A stretch of DNA of 64,000 nt, from positions 4,216,001 to 4,280,000 of the forward strand of contig OZ024762.1 in the NCBI GenBank assembly GCA_964016885.1, read 5' to 3'. The position numbers and the translations under genes are program-made. Positions 1 to 12,311 of this stretch are shown here, piece by piece (the first letter of the stretch is position 1; each line of letters begins with the position of its first letter). This DNA is from Eledone cirrhosa. Lineage: Eukaryota. Under the pieces are notes generated by a model, which did no database searches, was not told the DNA's origin, and saw only the letters and a program-made list of their open reading frames with translations.

Positions 1-1259
1 TGGCGGATATTCGTCAAAGATGTGTCACACACACACACACTCACACACACACACATACACACACACACACAAATACACACACACAAAAACACACACACAC
101 ACTATATATTTATAGAAAGGCCATTGGTGACAGATGAATAAATATTTATAAACAGTTGAAGATCACAAACGAAACTATTGTTTCAGTTATTCTAACGTAG
201 ACAGACCTAATTATATAATTACGTAATTATATAATTCGGCTTCATTAATTACCGTTGTTTAATTATCCAGCTTCTGCTCCATCCTCAACTGATGTCGCTT
301 GAGATTTAAATAACTTCCGAAACTACAAAGTCTAGGTTCACCAGACTGGGGAGGGTTGCGGCACGACAAGATTTATCCCTGAAAATTTGTCAACATATTA
401 ACACTAATTCACAGCATATATATTTTAATGTGACAACCTTCGGAACAGGCCAAATGATATCTATTTTTATTTTAAACACCCTGCATTAGTACTATATACT
501 GTTGAAGTAAATATTATTTAAATTGATAAACAACACTACTGTGTAACATAATAGTATTATGCAGTAGACATTAATTTATTATAAACTTATATATATACAT
601 TTCTTTTCACATAGTACCGTATTTTTCGGAATATAAAACGCGCGAATTTGTTTCGAAGGACAAAAAAAAAAAAGAAGTTTTTCTAGAAAAAAGAAGTTAA
701 ACATGAGACACTGGTGTTGTTGATATTTTTTATTGTTGTTATGTTTCTACTTTCCATGTATTGAGGTCAGGGCAGAATTTTGACTCTAAATCTTTGTGGG
801 AAAAGTCATAAGATGAAAATAAACGGTGGATAAAATGAGGAAAGCAAAATTTATGATGTAAACATTGAGAAATAGTGGTTATTTAACATATTTAATCTAC
901 AATTTAAAATACAGACACACACTATATATTATTACGTGAAGTGGGTGAACGGAGAGATTCTTTTTTATTTACAGGTTTTACCATTGAAACGTTATTTAAA
1001 CGGAAGATCTTCTAACCTCCACCACCCAAAATACAACAACAAACAAACAAAAAACAACAAAACTACAACAGAAAAGCAGCAAAAATATACAAAAACAAAC
1101 AAACAAAACAAAACAAAACATAAAACAAAATAAAAAAGTATCAGTTGTGTTTTAAAAAAATAGAAATATTTGAGAAGGAAGAGTAAAACTCATTGAAACC
1201 AATATTTGGATCATAATTACTGTGTATTTATTGATATTGATTAACACATCGACGCCAAT

Positions 1260-1350
1260 ATGATATCGATTGGATTAACATCAATATCAGGATTATCATC
1301 ATATGTACCATCATCATCATCAACATTATCTTTGTTGGTCTTATCTCAAG
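1260..1350 (+). CDS. Factor C-like exon 1 (start codon, first part of signal peptide)
   Basis: ATG at 1260 follows an in-frame TAA and has A at -3. Encodes MISIGLTSISGLSSYVPSSSSTLSLLVLSQ, then G|gtaagt donor, phase 1, matching the next exon. A possible upstream acceptor at 974 (ttttttatttacag) would define the 5' UTR part. Confidence 0.6.
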
Positions 1351-1384
1351 GTAAGTTCATAGCATTTTATATCTTCTGCTTCTA

Positions 1385-1909
1385 ATTATATATATCGATA
1401 GTCGACATTGCTTCTTATTATATATATATCGATAGTCGACACTGCTTCTTATTATATATATATATCGATAGTCGACATTGCTTCTTATTATATATATATA
1501 TCGATAGTCGACATTGCTTCTTATTATATATATATCGATAGTCGACACTGCTTCTTATTATATATATATATCGATAGTCGACACTGCTTCTTCTTATATA
1601 TATATATATATATATATAGTCGACATTGCTTCTTATATATATATATATCGATAGTCGACACTGCTTCTTATTATATATATATCGATAGTCGACATTGCTT
1701 CTTATTATATATATATCGATAGTCGACATTGCTTCTTATTATATAGATATATCGATAGTCGACATTGCTTCTTATTATATATATATCGATAGTCGACATT
1801 GCTTCTTATTATATATATCGATAGTCGACATTGCTTCTTATTATATATATATCGATAGTCGACACTGCTTCTTATTATATATATATATCGATAGTCGACA
1901 CTGCTTCTT

Positions 1910-1950
<41 letters not shown>

Positions 1951-2460
1951 GACATTGCTTCTTATATATATATATATCGATATCGACACTGCTTCTTATT
2001 ATATATATATCGATAGTCGACACTGCTTCTTATTATATATATATCGATAGTCGACATTGCTTCTTATTATATATATATCGATAGTCGACATTGCTTCTTA
2101 TTATATATATATCGATAGTCGACATTGCTTCTCCTTATATATATATATCGATAGTCGACATTGCTTCTTATTATATATATATCGATAGTCGACATTGCTT
2201 CTTATTATATATATATCGATAGTCGACATTGCTTCTTATTATATATATATCGATAGTCGACATTGCTTCTTATTATATATATATCGATAGTCGACATTGC
2301 TTCTTATTATATATATATATATAGTCGACACTGCTTCTTATTATATATATATATATATATATATAGTCGACACTGCTTCTTATTATATATATATATATAT
2401 ATAGTCGACACTGCTTCTTATTATATATATATCGATAGTCGACACTGCTTCTTATTATAT
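1385..2460. repeat. ~35-bp minisatellite TTAT(TA)nTCGATAGTCGACAYTGCTTC, followed by (TA)/(TAAA) microsatellite to ~2860
   Basis: Visible tandem units with variable (TA)n length. Confidence 0.95.
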
Positions 2461-2740
2461 TTATATATATATATATATATATATAAATATATATAAATAC
2501 ATATATATAAATATATATATATATAAATATATATATATATAAATATATATATACATAAATATATATATACATATATATATATATAAATATATATATATAA
2601 ATATATATATATAAATATATATATATAAATATATATATATAAATATAAATATATATATATAAATATATATAAATAAATATATATAAATATATAAATATAT
2701 ATATAAATACATATATATATATAAATATATATATAAATAC

Positions 2741-2773
<33 letters not shown>

Positions 2774-3679
2774 AATATAAATATATAAATATTTATATAT
2801 ATATAAATATAAATATATAAATATTTATATATATATAAATACATATATATAAATATAAATGACCAAAATATCAAAGTTATGTTCAAATCATTTAATTGCT
2901 GACAATTGTTTCTTCCAAACATTCGTTTGGAGTCATCGGAGCATTATCAATGTTTGTACATATAATTAACCTCCTATTCAACTGAACAATCATATAGGTA
3001 CATATATATTGATGGACAGCAGTTTAGTATTTACAGAATTGTACAATAATTAAAAATAAAAGCACAGAGTGGAATACATGCAACAGATAATACAAGAAAT
3101 AGTCTAATAATTAGAGAGACATTGAGAAAGAATGAAGACACTAGCAGTACATATGCAAACGTGTAGAGAGTGCACATGCGTTAGTCATATATATGAGAAG
3201 GAAACAAGCAAAGGTATTAGGCATATATAAATACTGTATGGCAAGGTATTACATAAAATACAAGCACTTTAAGCGAATATGTTAGTGTATTAAAATTATG
3301 GAGGATGTAATGCGATGATAGTTTCTGTAGAGTTCAAATTTGTATGTGTTGAGAATATCAAAGTTATTTTTTTTTTATCCATTACATATGTTAAATTATA
3401 TTTTAGTTAATGTTTGTATTTAATGTTTTTAGTTAGTTACAGTAATGGATTGTAAATTGGTCTCATTGTATTCTTATTCATGGATTAGAGTTGTTCTACA
3501 GCGAGATTTTCTAACGGTTTAATTTCCGGAAGTGATTATGAAATCTAAAATTAAGGGGAGCTAATGCGTAAGGGGAGGTAACTATCTCATTAAATTAAAT
3601 TATTTAAATTCTTTGCTCTAATAGACATTATATAGTGTCACAATTGAATCCCTTTTACATAACGTTATATATTTATATT

Positions 3680-4465
3680 TGTTGTTGGTATTGTTTTTGG
3701 TGGTGTTGGTGTTGGTATGTTGTTGGTATGTTGTTGGTGTTCATATTGACGTTGGTGCTGTTGATGGCGTTGTTAGTGTTGATGCTGTTGGTGGTGGTGT
3801 CGATGTTACTGTTGGTGTTGCTGGATGAGTTGTTGATGGTGTTGATGGTGCTGGTTGTGTTGCAGTTAGTGTTGATGTTGTTGTTGTTGGTGGTGCTGTT
3901 GATGGTGTTAGTGTTGGTGGTCATGTTAGTGTTGTTAATGTTGATTTTGGTTGTGGTGTTGATGGTGATGTTAGTGTTAGTGTCGGTTGTGGTGTTAGTG
4001 GTATTAGTGGTGGTGATTTTAGTGCTGTTGTTAGTGTTGACGTTGGCTGTGCTGTTAGTGTTAGTAGTATTGTTGATTGGTGTTAGTGTTGGTGATGCTG
4101 CTTTTTATTGTGGATGGTGATAGTTGTTCGTTGTCATGGTAGTGACCTGTGTTGTTGTTGGTAGTCATGGTAGTGACGTGTGTTGTTGTTAGTTGTGATG
4201 GTAATGACGTGTGTTGTTGGTGGTAGTCATGGTAGTGACGTGTGTTGTTGCTGGTTGTTATGGTAGTGACGTGTGTTGTTGGTTGTCATGGTAGTGGTGT
4301 AGTGACGGAGGTAGTACTGGTGGTGGTTGTTGTGGTAGCGGTAGTGGCGGAGGTAGTAATGGTAGTGGTCATAGTAATGGTGGTGGTGGTCATAATAGTG
4401 GTGGTGGTGGTCATAGTAGTGGTGGTGGTGGTGGTAGTTATGACGATGGTAGTGGTGGTGGTGGG
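3680..4465. repeat. Degenerate GTT/GGT/GAT trinucleotide low-complexity tract
   Basis: Composition read directly. Confidence 0.9.
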
Positions 4466-4549
4466 GCTGAGAACATTATTCTACCCCCCACCCACCCCTC
4501 CCACACTTCTATGATCCATATAGTAGAAGAGACGTAAGTGGTACTTCCG

Positions 4550-4830
4550 GTGGAATTTCCAAAATGGCTATCTTCAATTCAATTCTGCCTTCGTCACAAC
4601 CCTTACCTCTGGTCATCACCAAACGAATACGATCTCGAATACAAATGGCCGAAATGGGGGTTCCTCCAAAGGGTCTTTGGAGTGACGTTACTAGATAGAG
4701 TGTGTAGCGGAGAGATGAGTGAGTCACTCCAGGTAGAGGCACTACTTCTCCGAATTGAGAGATCACAGCTGCATAATATCGCAGCCGTGATCTCTAGAAT
4801 GTCACAGGAAAGAGAAGACATTCCGCTTCC
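4550..4830 (+). mobile_element. RTE-type LINE 3' ORF fragment
   Basis: GFLQRVFGVTLLDRVCSGEMSESLQVEALLLRIERSQL..SRMSQER resembles the post-RT region of RTE-clade elements. Confidence 0.7.
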
Positions 4831-5475
4831 TGTTTGTATTGTTTAGTCTGCCGTTCCCTGGGAAGGGAACATCCGTCACTGACGTCAACGTCACGTTTAA
4901 AGTTTACTTAATATAGATGTCTGTGATGCACTATGTGTGTCAGTGTGTGTATGTATATGTGTGTGTATATGTATGTATGTGTGTGTGAATATATGTGTGT
5001 GTGTGTGTGTGTGAACTGGAAAGTGGAGCAACCGCCACGTGACGTCAACGTCACGTTTAAAGTTTACTTAATATAGATGCCTGTCATGCACTATCCATTG
5101 TAATAGTGTATGTGTATATGTGTCAGTGTGTGTATGTATGTGTGTGTGTGTGTGAATATATGTGTGTGTGAATGTATGTGTATATGTGTGAATATATGTG
5201 TGTGTGAATGTATGTGTGTATGTATATGTGTGTGTGTGAATGTATGTATGTAATATGCTTGCCTGTATATGTGCATGTAGGCGTATATATGAATCTATGT
5301 GTGCGTGTGTGTGTGTGACTGTGCTTGTGTGTGTATGTGCGCGTGTTTGTGAGGGGCTCTCCCGTCGATTCAACGTACGAGGTTTCAACAGTCTTTTCAG
5401 TACATTGTTTTATGTTTATGCTCAACGAGATTTCTCAAAGTTTTTATACCTTCCTGGCATGTATACGTTGTGTGT

Positions 5476-5518
<43 letters not shown>

Positions 5519-5773
5519 GGGGGGACGAGTCGGTTTCTAACATAGTCACAAGACTTTCTTATTGGAATTTACACAACATCAACAAGGTAGATATGTCTGC
5601 ATTCATACATGTGTGTGCAGGTATGGATGTTATTGTATGTGTGGATGTGGATGTTTTGAGTTATATGTGTGCATGTGTATATGGTTTGTATATATACAAG
5701 TGTATATGCTGTTATTAGATGCAGAATTTTTGGAATGTTTTAGGTATTTTTAATGGATTGTACTTGTAATTTC

Positions 5774-6510
5774 CTAACTAGTCGTGTTCTTTCTGTTTCT
5801 GTGAAGCCCCAGCTTCTCAAGATTTGTATTGAGGCAGTTACTAACATATCCCAGTTCTCCAATAATCACAGGTATAAATCTGAAGGTATAGTAAGGGTGG
5901 AGTATCTGTAGATTTCTCATTAGTTCTGAATAGATATTCTCCTTTTCGCTAATCTTTGATATTATATTGGCATCTGCTGGGCAGATAACTTCCACTACTG
6001 TGTATGCCTTCTTTCCCCTGTCCCATATCATTATATCTGTTATGCCTGCATTTTATTGGGGTTTTTGCGGGAACATTCCACCAGTATTAAGTATGTGTAT
6101 GTCTTCCACATTGTTGTAGCTTTTAATCTTTTATACATTGTACAGTGTTTTGGCCACTACATCATGCCTCATAGGTAGATAGTAGCGTGATGGCATCTTT
6201 GGACAGCTGCTGATGACATAGGTAACATCTTCGATGTCACATTTAGGTGTTTTACCCGCATCCCTATCCCTATCTCTTTTGTGAATCAGCTATTTTGTAT
6301 TGATTTCCAGTTCTTGGATTGTAAAAACGTATCCTTCAAAGTGGGAGCCAATATAGCGGTTGTTGGTCCAAGATAGACTACTTTGCTTATCTATATTACT
6401 CTCACCCTGGAGCTTCGTGGCAACACACCCATGCATGATTTTTTACTGATAAGCATGTAGTTTTTCATGCATGGATTCACTGCGGTATTGCTGGGCAATT
6501 TCCCTAGGTT
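5774..6510 (-). mobile_element. Decayed RLE-type non-LTR retrotransposon (R4/Dong-like) 3' region
   Basis: Zinc-knuckle remnant EDVTYVISSCPKMPSRYYLPMRHDVVAKTLY followed by restriction-like endonuclease IWDR..VVEVICPADANI..EKENIY..IPVIIGELG. Confidence 0.75.
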
Positions 6511-6569
6511 TTAGTTTTTTTTTTTATTGTTATGCAGTCTGGAAGTGAGCTCCCGGAGTTCAGCTTCTC

Positions 6570-6835
6570 GGATTTTTAACAGATCAATGTCCTCAACAAA
6601 ATCACAGGTTGGAAATGAGTCATCCTCCAATGGAAACTGATATGTCGAAGTCATGGAGAATCTCTTCCATGATGTTTTCCAGGAAGATGTTGAAAGGCAC
6701 CGGAGAAAGGAAATATCGATGTTGAATTTCCACTGTTGTTATTCAGGAGAACCGGACTGCTTGAGTTGTCATATAGTTCTTTAATTACTTGAATGAGGTT
6801 TATGTCAAAGTTACAAACCTTCATTACCTTCCACA
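6570..6835 (-). mobile_element. LINE reverse transcriptase fragment
   Basis: WKVMKVCNFDINLIQVIKELYDNSSSPVLLNN, then a frameshifted SPVPFNIFLENIME..SIGG*LISNL*FVEDIDLL (degenerate FADD region). Confidence 0.7.
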
Positions 6836-6842
6836 TAATAAC

Positions 6843-7030
6843 TGTTTCTACTTTAGGCACAAGGCCAGCAATTACCCAGAACATTACTGGTACTTTATTT
6901 TATCGACTCCGTAAGGATGAAAGGCAAAGTCAACCTCGGCGGGATTTGAACTCAGATCGTAAAGGGACGTAACTATGCTGGAAAGCATGGCGTCCGACCC
7001 TCTACGGATACTGCCAATCCACTCCACATA
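6843..7030 (-). mobile_element. tRNA-derived SINE family A (other copies ~52690-52860 +, 52890-53100 +, 53209-53430 -, 53440-53540 -, 54035-54160 +, 59085-59300 -, 62140-62530 -, 62548-62690 -)
   Basis: Recurrent GAGTTCAAATCCCGCCGAGGTTGACTTTGCCTTTCATCCTTACGG.GTCGATAAAATAAAGTACCAGTA containing a Pol III B-box. Confidence 0.8.
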
Positions 7031-7172
7031 ATAATAATGAAGAAATCAGTGTGCTTGAATCTTACATAATTTTATTGATTATTTTGTTAGTTATATAAAT
7101 TTCAGTGGTATATATTATGTAATGGATACGACCTCTTCAGACATATATACTTATATTTCAAATATTTTTCAG

Positions 7173-7290
7173 TCCTCTCTTTATTGGTTGTGCAAAAATC
7201 AAGAGCTGAAGGCAAACCATGTGCAGACATGCTTGTCTCATGTCCCTGCGGACCATATCTTAGCGAAGAAGTAGACGTCCCAATTAAAAC
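7173..7290 (+). CDS. Factor C-like exon 2 (end of signal peptide, start of Cys-rich domain)
   Basis: tttttcag acceptor; VLSLLVVQKSRAEGKPCADMLVSCPCGPYLSEEVDVPIK; AC|gtaagt donor. Confidence 0.85.
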
Positions 7291-8026
7291 GTAAGTAAAA
7301 TTGGCAGACCTGAAAGCAACGTAAAACCCCTTATTTGCAGAAATTTGCAGTTTGCACTGGGGCCCCTCACTTCATCCGACAACGAATTTTTATATACACT
7401 TTTCATGGTCAAATTGACAAACATTTCCACCACTGCTACCTTCATCTCCATACCGATACACATGTTTGCCTTTCTCATATATATTTTTTCTCCTACATGT
7501 TCCCTTTCTCATTTTGCATCTATGTACCCTTTCCTTTGGTTTTGTTTTGATTCATGTGGTAGAGGAAGATATTAACTAATTGTTTACCTAATTACTACGT
7601 TTCATACCTTAATTTATCTTCTGTTCTACTATACGGTACTATCGTGCAATATATTGATAACATATCTGGAGTATCCAATATTGAACCCCTTTTCTAAACT
7701 TCTTACTTTAATTTAAACATCTCCCTATTTACTCTTTATAAATATTTTTTTTATTCCCTTCAATCAAGGTTTTAACGTTTAAATTTTAATTTCCACTGTG
7801 AAACCATAATATCTAGAAAGTAGTTTATATTCTCATAGCGGCGATGGTCAACCCCATTGTCCAGGCAGAGATTAGGGGTAGTATAACATTTTAACCTGCA
7901 AAATTCATGAGTTCGAAGTTTCACACTAAGCTTCCATTTTGCTTCATTTCCATTAAAAAGTCTTTTAAAACAAGCCTATTTGAATACACCGTAAAACAAG
8001 CAAATATTTTGTAAAAACAGCATTGA

Positions 8027-8452
8027 TCTATATATATAATCTCGAATAAAGCCTTATGAGATTTTCATTTGGAAGCAATGATTTTAAACGACAGACAGAT
8101 AACGCATTTTTCATGTCCATCCAATTTCTTTGTTTCAAAATAACTGATAGTTTGGTCACGCTGATGTTTTTCACTGAGACAAGTGTTGCAGTGTTTACAT
8201 TTTCGATTTTTGTTAATAGATTACCAGTGCAGTTTTAATCCCCAGCATCCTCTTTTGTTTTAACATTCGAGTTATGGTTATGTTTTCTTAACTTCATAAG
8301 GCATACTGTTGGTTGAGGGAATATTAATCAAAAGTACCACATGAAAGTCTACACTGTAGACTCTACAGTTTTTAAGCCAATAAAGGAACTTAACATTGTA
8401 ACTTTAACACAGCTACTGAGCAGCCCCGAGCAACGCCGGGCTTTACTGCTAG
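8027..8452 (+). mobile_element. Non-autonomous Helitron
   Basis: 5' A|TCTATATATATAA at 8027; 3' GC-rich hairpin CCCGAGC-AAC-GCCGGG followed by CTAG|T at 8449-8453; no TSD. The 5' end is less certain than the 3' end. Confidence 0.65.
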
Positions 8453-8487
8453 TATATATATATATAATTCTTTCTCTGTTCTTCTAG

Positions 8488-8645
8488 GTGTCATAATTAC
8501 ACATTTGGCTGGTTTTTCCCCAAGTTAAAATGTGTGGAATGTCAAACCCTGATCCCTGAGGCGACCTGTAGAGATTACGAACAGTGCGAGGACTGTAGAC
8601 ATGGGGGCTCCAGTGAATGTATACCGTACAAGAAAGGACGACAGA
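8488..8645 (+). CDS. Factor C-like exon 3 (Cys-rich domain)
   Basis: ttcttctag acceptor; CHNYTFGWFFPKLKCVECQTLIPEATCRDYEQCEDCRHGGSSECIPYKKGRQ; Cys spacing like the factor C N-terminal Cys-rich region; A|gtaagt donor. Confidence 0.88.
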
Positions 8646-8709
8646 GTAAGTTGCTGATTACCTTATATGGACATGGGGGGGTGTGTGAGCAGGAGTTGGG
8701 AGGGGGGGA

Positions 8710-9580
8710 TAGTGGTGGCACAGTATGGTGGGTTGGGGAGAGGGTAGTGTTGGTGGCACACTATGGAGGGGGTAGTGTTGGTGGCACAGTAGTGGAGTGG
8801 GGGAGGTGGCACAGTGGAGTGGAGGGGAGGAGAGGAGGTGGCGGCATAGTAGTGGAGTGGATTGGAGTGGAGTGGAGGAGGTGGCAAAATAGTGGAGTGG
8901 GGGTGGTGGCACAGTAGTGGAGTGGAGGTGTTGGCACAATAGTGGAGGAGGTGGCACAGTAGTGGAGTGGAGGTGGTGGTACAGTAGTGGAGTGGAGGAG
9001 GTGGCACAGTAGTGGAGTGGAGGGGAGGAGGTGGCACTGTAGTGGTGTGGAGGAGGTGGCACAGTAGTGGAGTGGAGGAGGTGGCACAGTAGTGGAGTGG
9101 AGGTGGTGGCACAGTAGTGGAGTGGAGGTGGTGGGACAGCAGTGGAGTGGAGGGGAGGAGGTGGCACTGTAGTGGTGTGGAGGAGGTGGCACAGCAGTGG
9201 AGTGGAGGAGGTGGCACAGTAGTGGAGTGGAGGTGGTGGCACAGTAGTGGAGTGGAGGTGGTGGGACAGCAGTGGAGTGGAGGGGAGGAGGTGGCACTGT
9301 AGTGGTGTGGAGGAGGTGGCACAGTAGTGGAGTGGAGGAGGTGGCACAGTAGTGGAGTGGAGGAGGTGGCACAGTAGTGGAGTGGAGGAGGTGGCACAGT
9401 AGTGGAGTGGAGGTGGTGGCACAGTAGTGGAGTGGAGGTGGTGGGACAGCAGTGGAGTGGAGGGGAGGAGGTGGCACTGTAGTGGTGTGGAGGAGGTGGA
9501 ACAGCAGTGGAGTGGAGGAGGTGGCACAGTAGTGGAGTGGAGGAGGTGGCACAGTAGTGGAGTGGAGGAGGTGGCACAGT
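8710..9580. repeat. G-rich ~25-bp minisatellite GGAGGAGGTGGCACAGTAGTGGAGT
   Basis: Visible tandem units with higher-order blocks. Confidence 0.92.
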
Positions 9581-10015
9581 AACACTCTCTCCCTGTCTGT
9601 GTTCGTGTTGTATTTGTGAGTGTTTTTGTGCGTGTGTATGTGTTGTATGTTTGTGTGTGTATGGTGTGGCGTGTGGTGTGTGTGCGGAGTGTGTGTATGT
9701 GGTGTAAGTGTGGTGTATGTGGTGTGTATGGGATGTATGTGGTGTAAGTGTGGTGTATGTGGTGTGTATGGGATGTATGTGGTGTATGTGTGGGGTGTAT
9801 GTGTGGAGTGTGTGTATGGTGTGTGTGTGTGTGTGTGTGTGCGTGCGTGTGTGTGGTGTATGTGTGTGTGTGTGTTGTGTGTGTGTGGTATATGTGTGGA
9901 GTGTATGGAAGATATCTACTCCGCCATATGTTGCGGCACCCTAACCCCACCTACAACACGGCCAGGAGTTAGAGAGCTGTGGCGAGAGATCATTCATTCA
10001 TTATTCTAATTCCAG

Positions 10016-10190
10016 TTCAAAAGAACCACTGCCCACGGCCACTCTACCTGCCAAATGGTTACATCACTACCAGCAAGGAACCGGTACCTGGGTCAGTAGT
10101 AAAGTACAGGTGTTCCAAACACCACCTCTTAATAGGAAATTTCAAACGAACATGTGGGAAGGACTTCCGTTGGAGTGGCAGTCACCCAAA
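10016..10190 (+). CDS. Factor C-like exon 4 (CCP/sushi 1)
   Basis: HCPRPLYLPNGYITTSKEPVPGSVVKYRCSKHHLLIGNFKRTCGKDFRWSGSHPK fits the sushi consensus; ccag acceptor, gtaag donor. Confidence 0.92.
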
Positions 10191-10306
10191 GTAAGATATT
10201 TCTTCTCTATCACCTCTCTACTATATCTTTTGTGTGAAAGCACGTGATTTGGTGGTTAGGGCATTCGGCTGACGATCCTAAGGTCGTGAGAACGATTCCC
10301 GGTGGC

Positions 10307-11065
10307 GTGTCCTTGAGCAAGACAATTTATTTCACGTTGTTCCAGTCCAATGTGTCCTTGAGCAAGACACTTTATTTCACGTTGTTCCAGTCCAATGTGT
10401 TCTTAAGCATGACACTTTATTTTAGATTGCTCCAGTCCAATGTGTTCTTAAGCATGACACTTTATTTTACATTGCTCCAGTCCAATGTGTTCTTAAGCAA
10501 GACACTTTATTTCACATTGCTCCAGTCCAATGTGTTCTTAAGCAAGACACTTTATTTCACATTGCTCCAGTCCAATGTGTTCTTAAGCAAGACACTTTAT
10601 TTCACATTGCTCCAGTCCAATGTGTTCTTAAACAAGACACTTTATTTCACATTGCTCCAGTCCAATGTGTTCTTAAGCAAGACACTTTATTTCACATTGC
10701 TCCAGTCCAATGTGTTCTTAAGCAAGACATTTTATTTCACATTGCTCCAGTCCAATGTGTTCTTAAGCATGACACTTTATTTTACATTGCTCCAGTCCAA
10801 TGTGTTCTTAAGCATGACACTTTATTTCACGTTGCTCCAGTCCAATGTGTTCTTAAGCATGACACTTTATTTCACGTTGCTCCAGTCCAATGTGTTCTTA
10901 AGCATGACACTTTATTTCACGTTGCTCCAGTCCAATGTGTTCTTAAGCATGACACTTTATTTCACGTTGTTCCAGTCCAATGTGTTCTTAAGCAAGACAC
11001 TTTATTTCACATTGCTCCAGTCCAATGTGTTCTTAAGCATGACACTTTATTTCACATTGCTCAAA
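10307..11065 (+). repeat. 45-bp minisatellite amplified from a SINE body (~17 copies)
   Basis: Unit TGTGTTCTTAAGCAWGACACTTTATTTCACRTTGCTCCAGTCCAA continues directly from the SINE head at ~10236. Confidence 0.92.
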
Positions 11066-11089
11066 TTCAGTGTCCTTTCGTGGCAGACC

Positions 11090-11790
11090 TGTCAGAAACG
11101 AACCACACTCCAAATATCTTGGTGCTTCATTGTATCGCAACCTGACCTACCAAGAGCATTTAAAGGGGTTGTCGGAAAGCTCAAGACTAGGATTAATATC
11201 ATCCGTAAATTAGCAGGAAACAGCTCGGGGTCGATGCACTCACACACTCCGAACTGTGGGTTTAACAGCAGCACATTCAATTACTGAGTACAGTTCATCG
11301 GTCAGGGCAGGGAGCCGCCATGCCAAGCATGTTCACAATAGTATCAGACACACTGAAATCTACACTTACTCAGTGGCTGCTGACACTTTCTCATATAGCC
11401 CCTCACATGCGGCGTCAGGAGATGATCTGCGAGGCAGCACTTCTTTCCAAGTCCAAGACCAACCCGCCCATCCTTGAAGACATAGAAAACCTTCCCAACA
11501 TGCGCTTAAATCATTCTGGGAATCAATGAAGATCCTTCAAGACAATAACTTTGATCTGAAAGAAGGGTGGCGAAGATCATGGAATGAGTTCAATGTGCAC
11601 ACCAAGACCTCGTCTTGAAACTCACATCTAAACGCGTCGACTTTGGCCACCCTAGAAATAATGGATGTCCCTTAATCGGATCCGCGCAACACATGCCAAG
11701 ACAGTCCGCCAAGTGATTGTGGGGGAGCTGACCAGACAGTGCTGCATGTTGTTTGGGATTGTCCCCCTCAGGTATTTTCCGGGCGGCCCG
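11090..11790 (+). mobile_element. Decayed non-LTR retrotransposon 3' region (possibly Ingi/Vingi-like)
   Basis: KLKTRINIIRKLAG..; TLKSTLTQWLLTLSHIAPHMRRQE; terminal DCGGADQTVLHVVWDCP zinc knuckle; frameshifted. Confidence 0.65.
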
Positions 11791-11941
11791 TAGTCAAACC
11801 ATAATACTACAAATGTATTTGTGTGTATATATATAAATATATATATATATATATTTAAAAGGTAAACAGAAATAACAACACAATCGGTACAGTATATGGA
11901 AGGAATATATTAGGTGAACGCTTGAAATAGCAAGGAGGGGG

Positions 11942-11977
11942 TCTTAACGTTTTGGACGTTAGTCCTTCATCAGAAGA
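11942..11977 (-). ncRNA. Decayed minimal hammerhead (G12A)
   Basis: TCTT-CTGATGA-A-GGAC taac GTCC-AAAA-CG-TT^AAGA. Confidence 0.55.
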
Positions 11978-12218
11978 AAGAACAAGAAATTAGATAGATT
12001 GAAGGGACGGGCGGGATGAAAAAATGTCTATAGATTAAAATAACAGGTCCATTCATGTTGACATCTCTATGTGTGTATGTGTATGTGTTTGTGTGTCCCA
12101 GTATGTGTTTAAGACGACTCTCTGTATATGCCACGTAACAAACAGAGTTAGATAAAATAATTACTAGTATCAAATTTGTTTGTAAAAATATAATAACTAA
12201 AATAATTAATTATTTCAG

Positions 12219-12311
12219 ATGTCTGGAAAGCATGTGTTCCCGCCCAGACGGAATACAAAATGGCCGAATTCAATTCAAAGAAAACCAGTTAGTTTTTAAT
12301 GTCGGTGACAG
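12219..12311 (+). CDS. Factor C-like exon 5 (end of CCP1, first half of CCP2)
   Basis: tttcag acceptor; CLESMCSRPDGIQNGRIQFKENQLVFNVGDR; AG|gtaat donor. Confidence 0.9.

Noticed and set aside
614-655. TACCGTATTTTTCGGAATATAA, resembling a Tc1/pogo terminal repeat
   Set aside because: No partner inverted end found nearby; at most a fragment.
1241-1350. Alternative exon 1 frames (Ile-rich signal-like frame; MYHHHHQH frame)
   Set aside because: The Ile-rich frame has no ATG after its stop and ends in phase 2; the His frame ends in phase 0. Only the 1260 ATG frame is phase 1 as exon 2 requires.
3635-4514. Very hydrophobic Val/Leu-rich ORFs resembling membrane proteins
   Set aside because: They are translations of GTT/GGT low-complexity DNA.
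4876-5092. Duplicated TGACGTCA (CRE/ATF) motif in a ~50-bp direct repeat
   Set aside because: Explained by a local duplication around a microsatellite; nothing else supports a regulatory role.
8646-10015. Hidden EGF exon between the Cys-rich and CCP1 exons
   Set aside because: The intron is almost entirely minisatellite and (GT)n; the Cys-rich frames there are repeat translations without splice signals.
10244-11287. 347-aa ORF, and likewise the long ORFs at 8658-9950, 16389-17802 and 50124-51362
   Set aside because: These are stop-free translations of tandem repeats; they lie in introns and are often open in several frames and strands.
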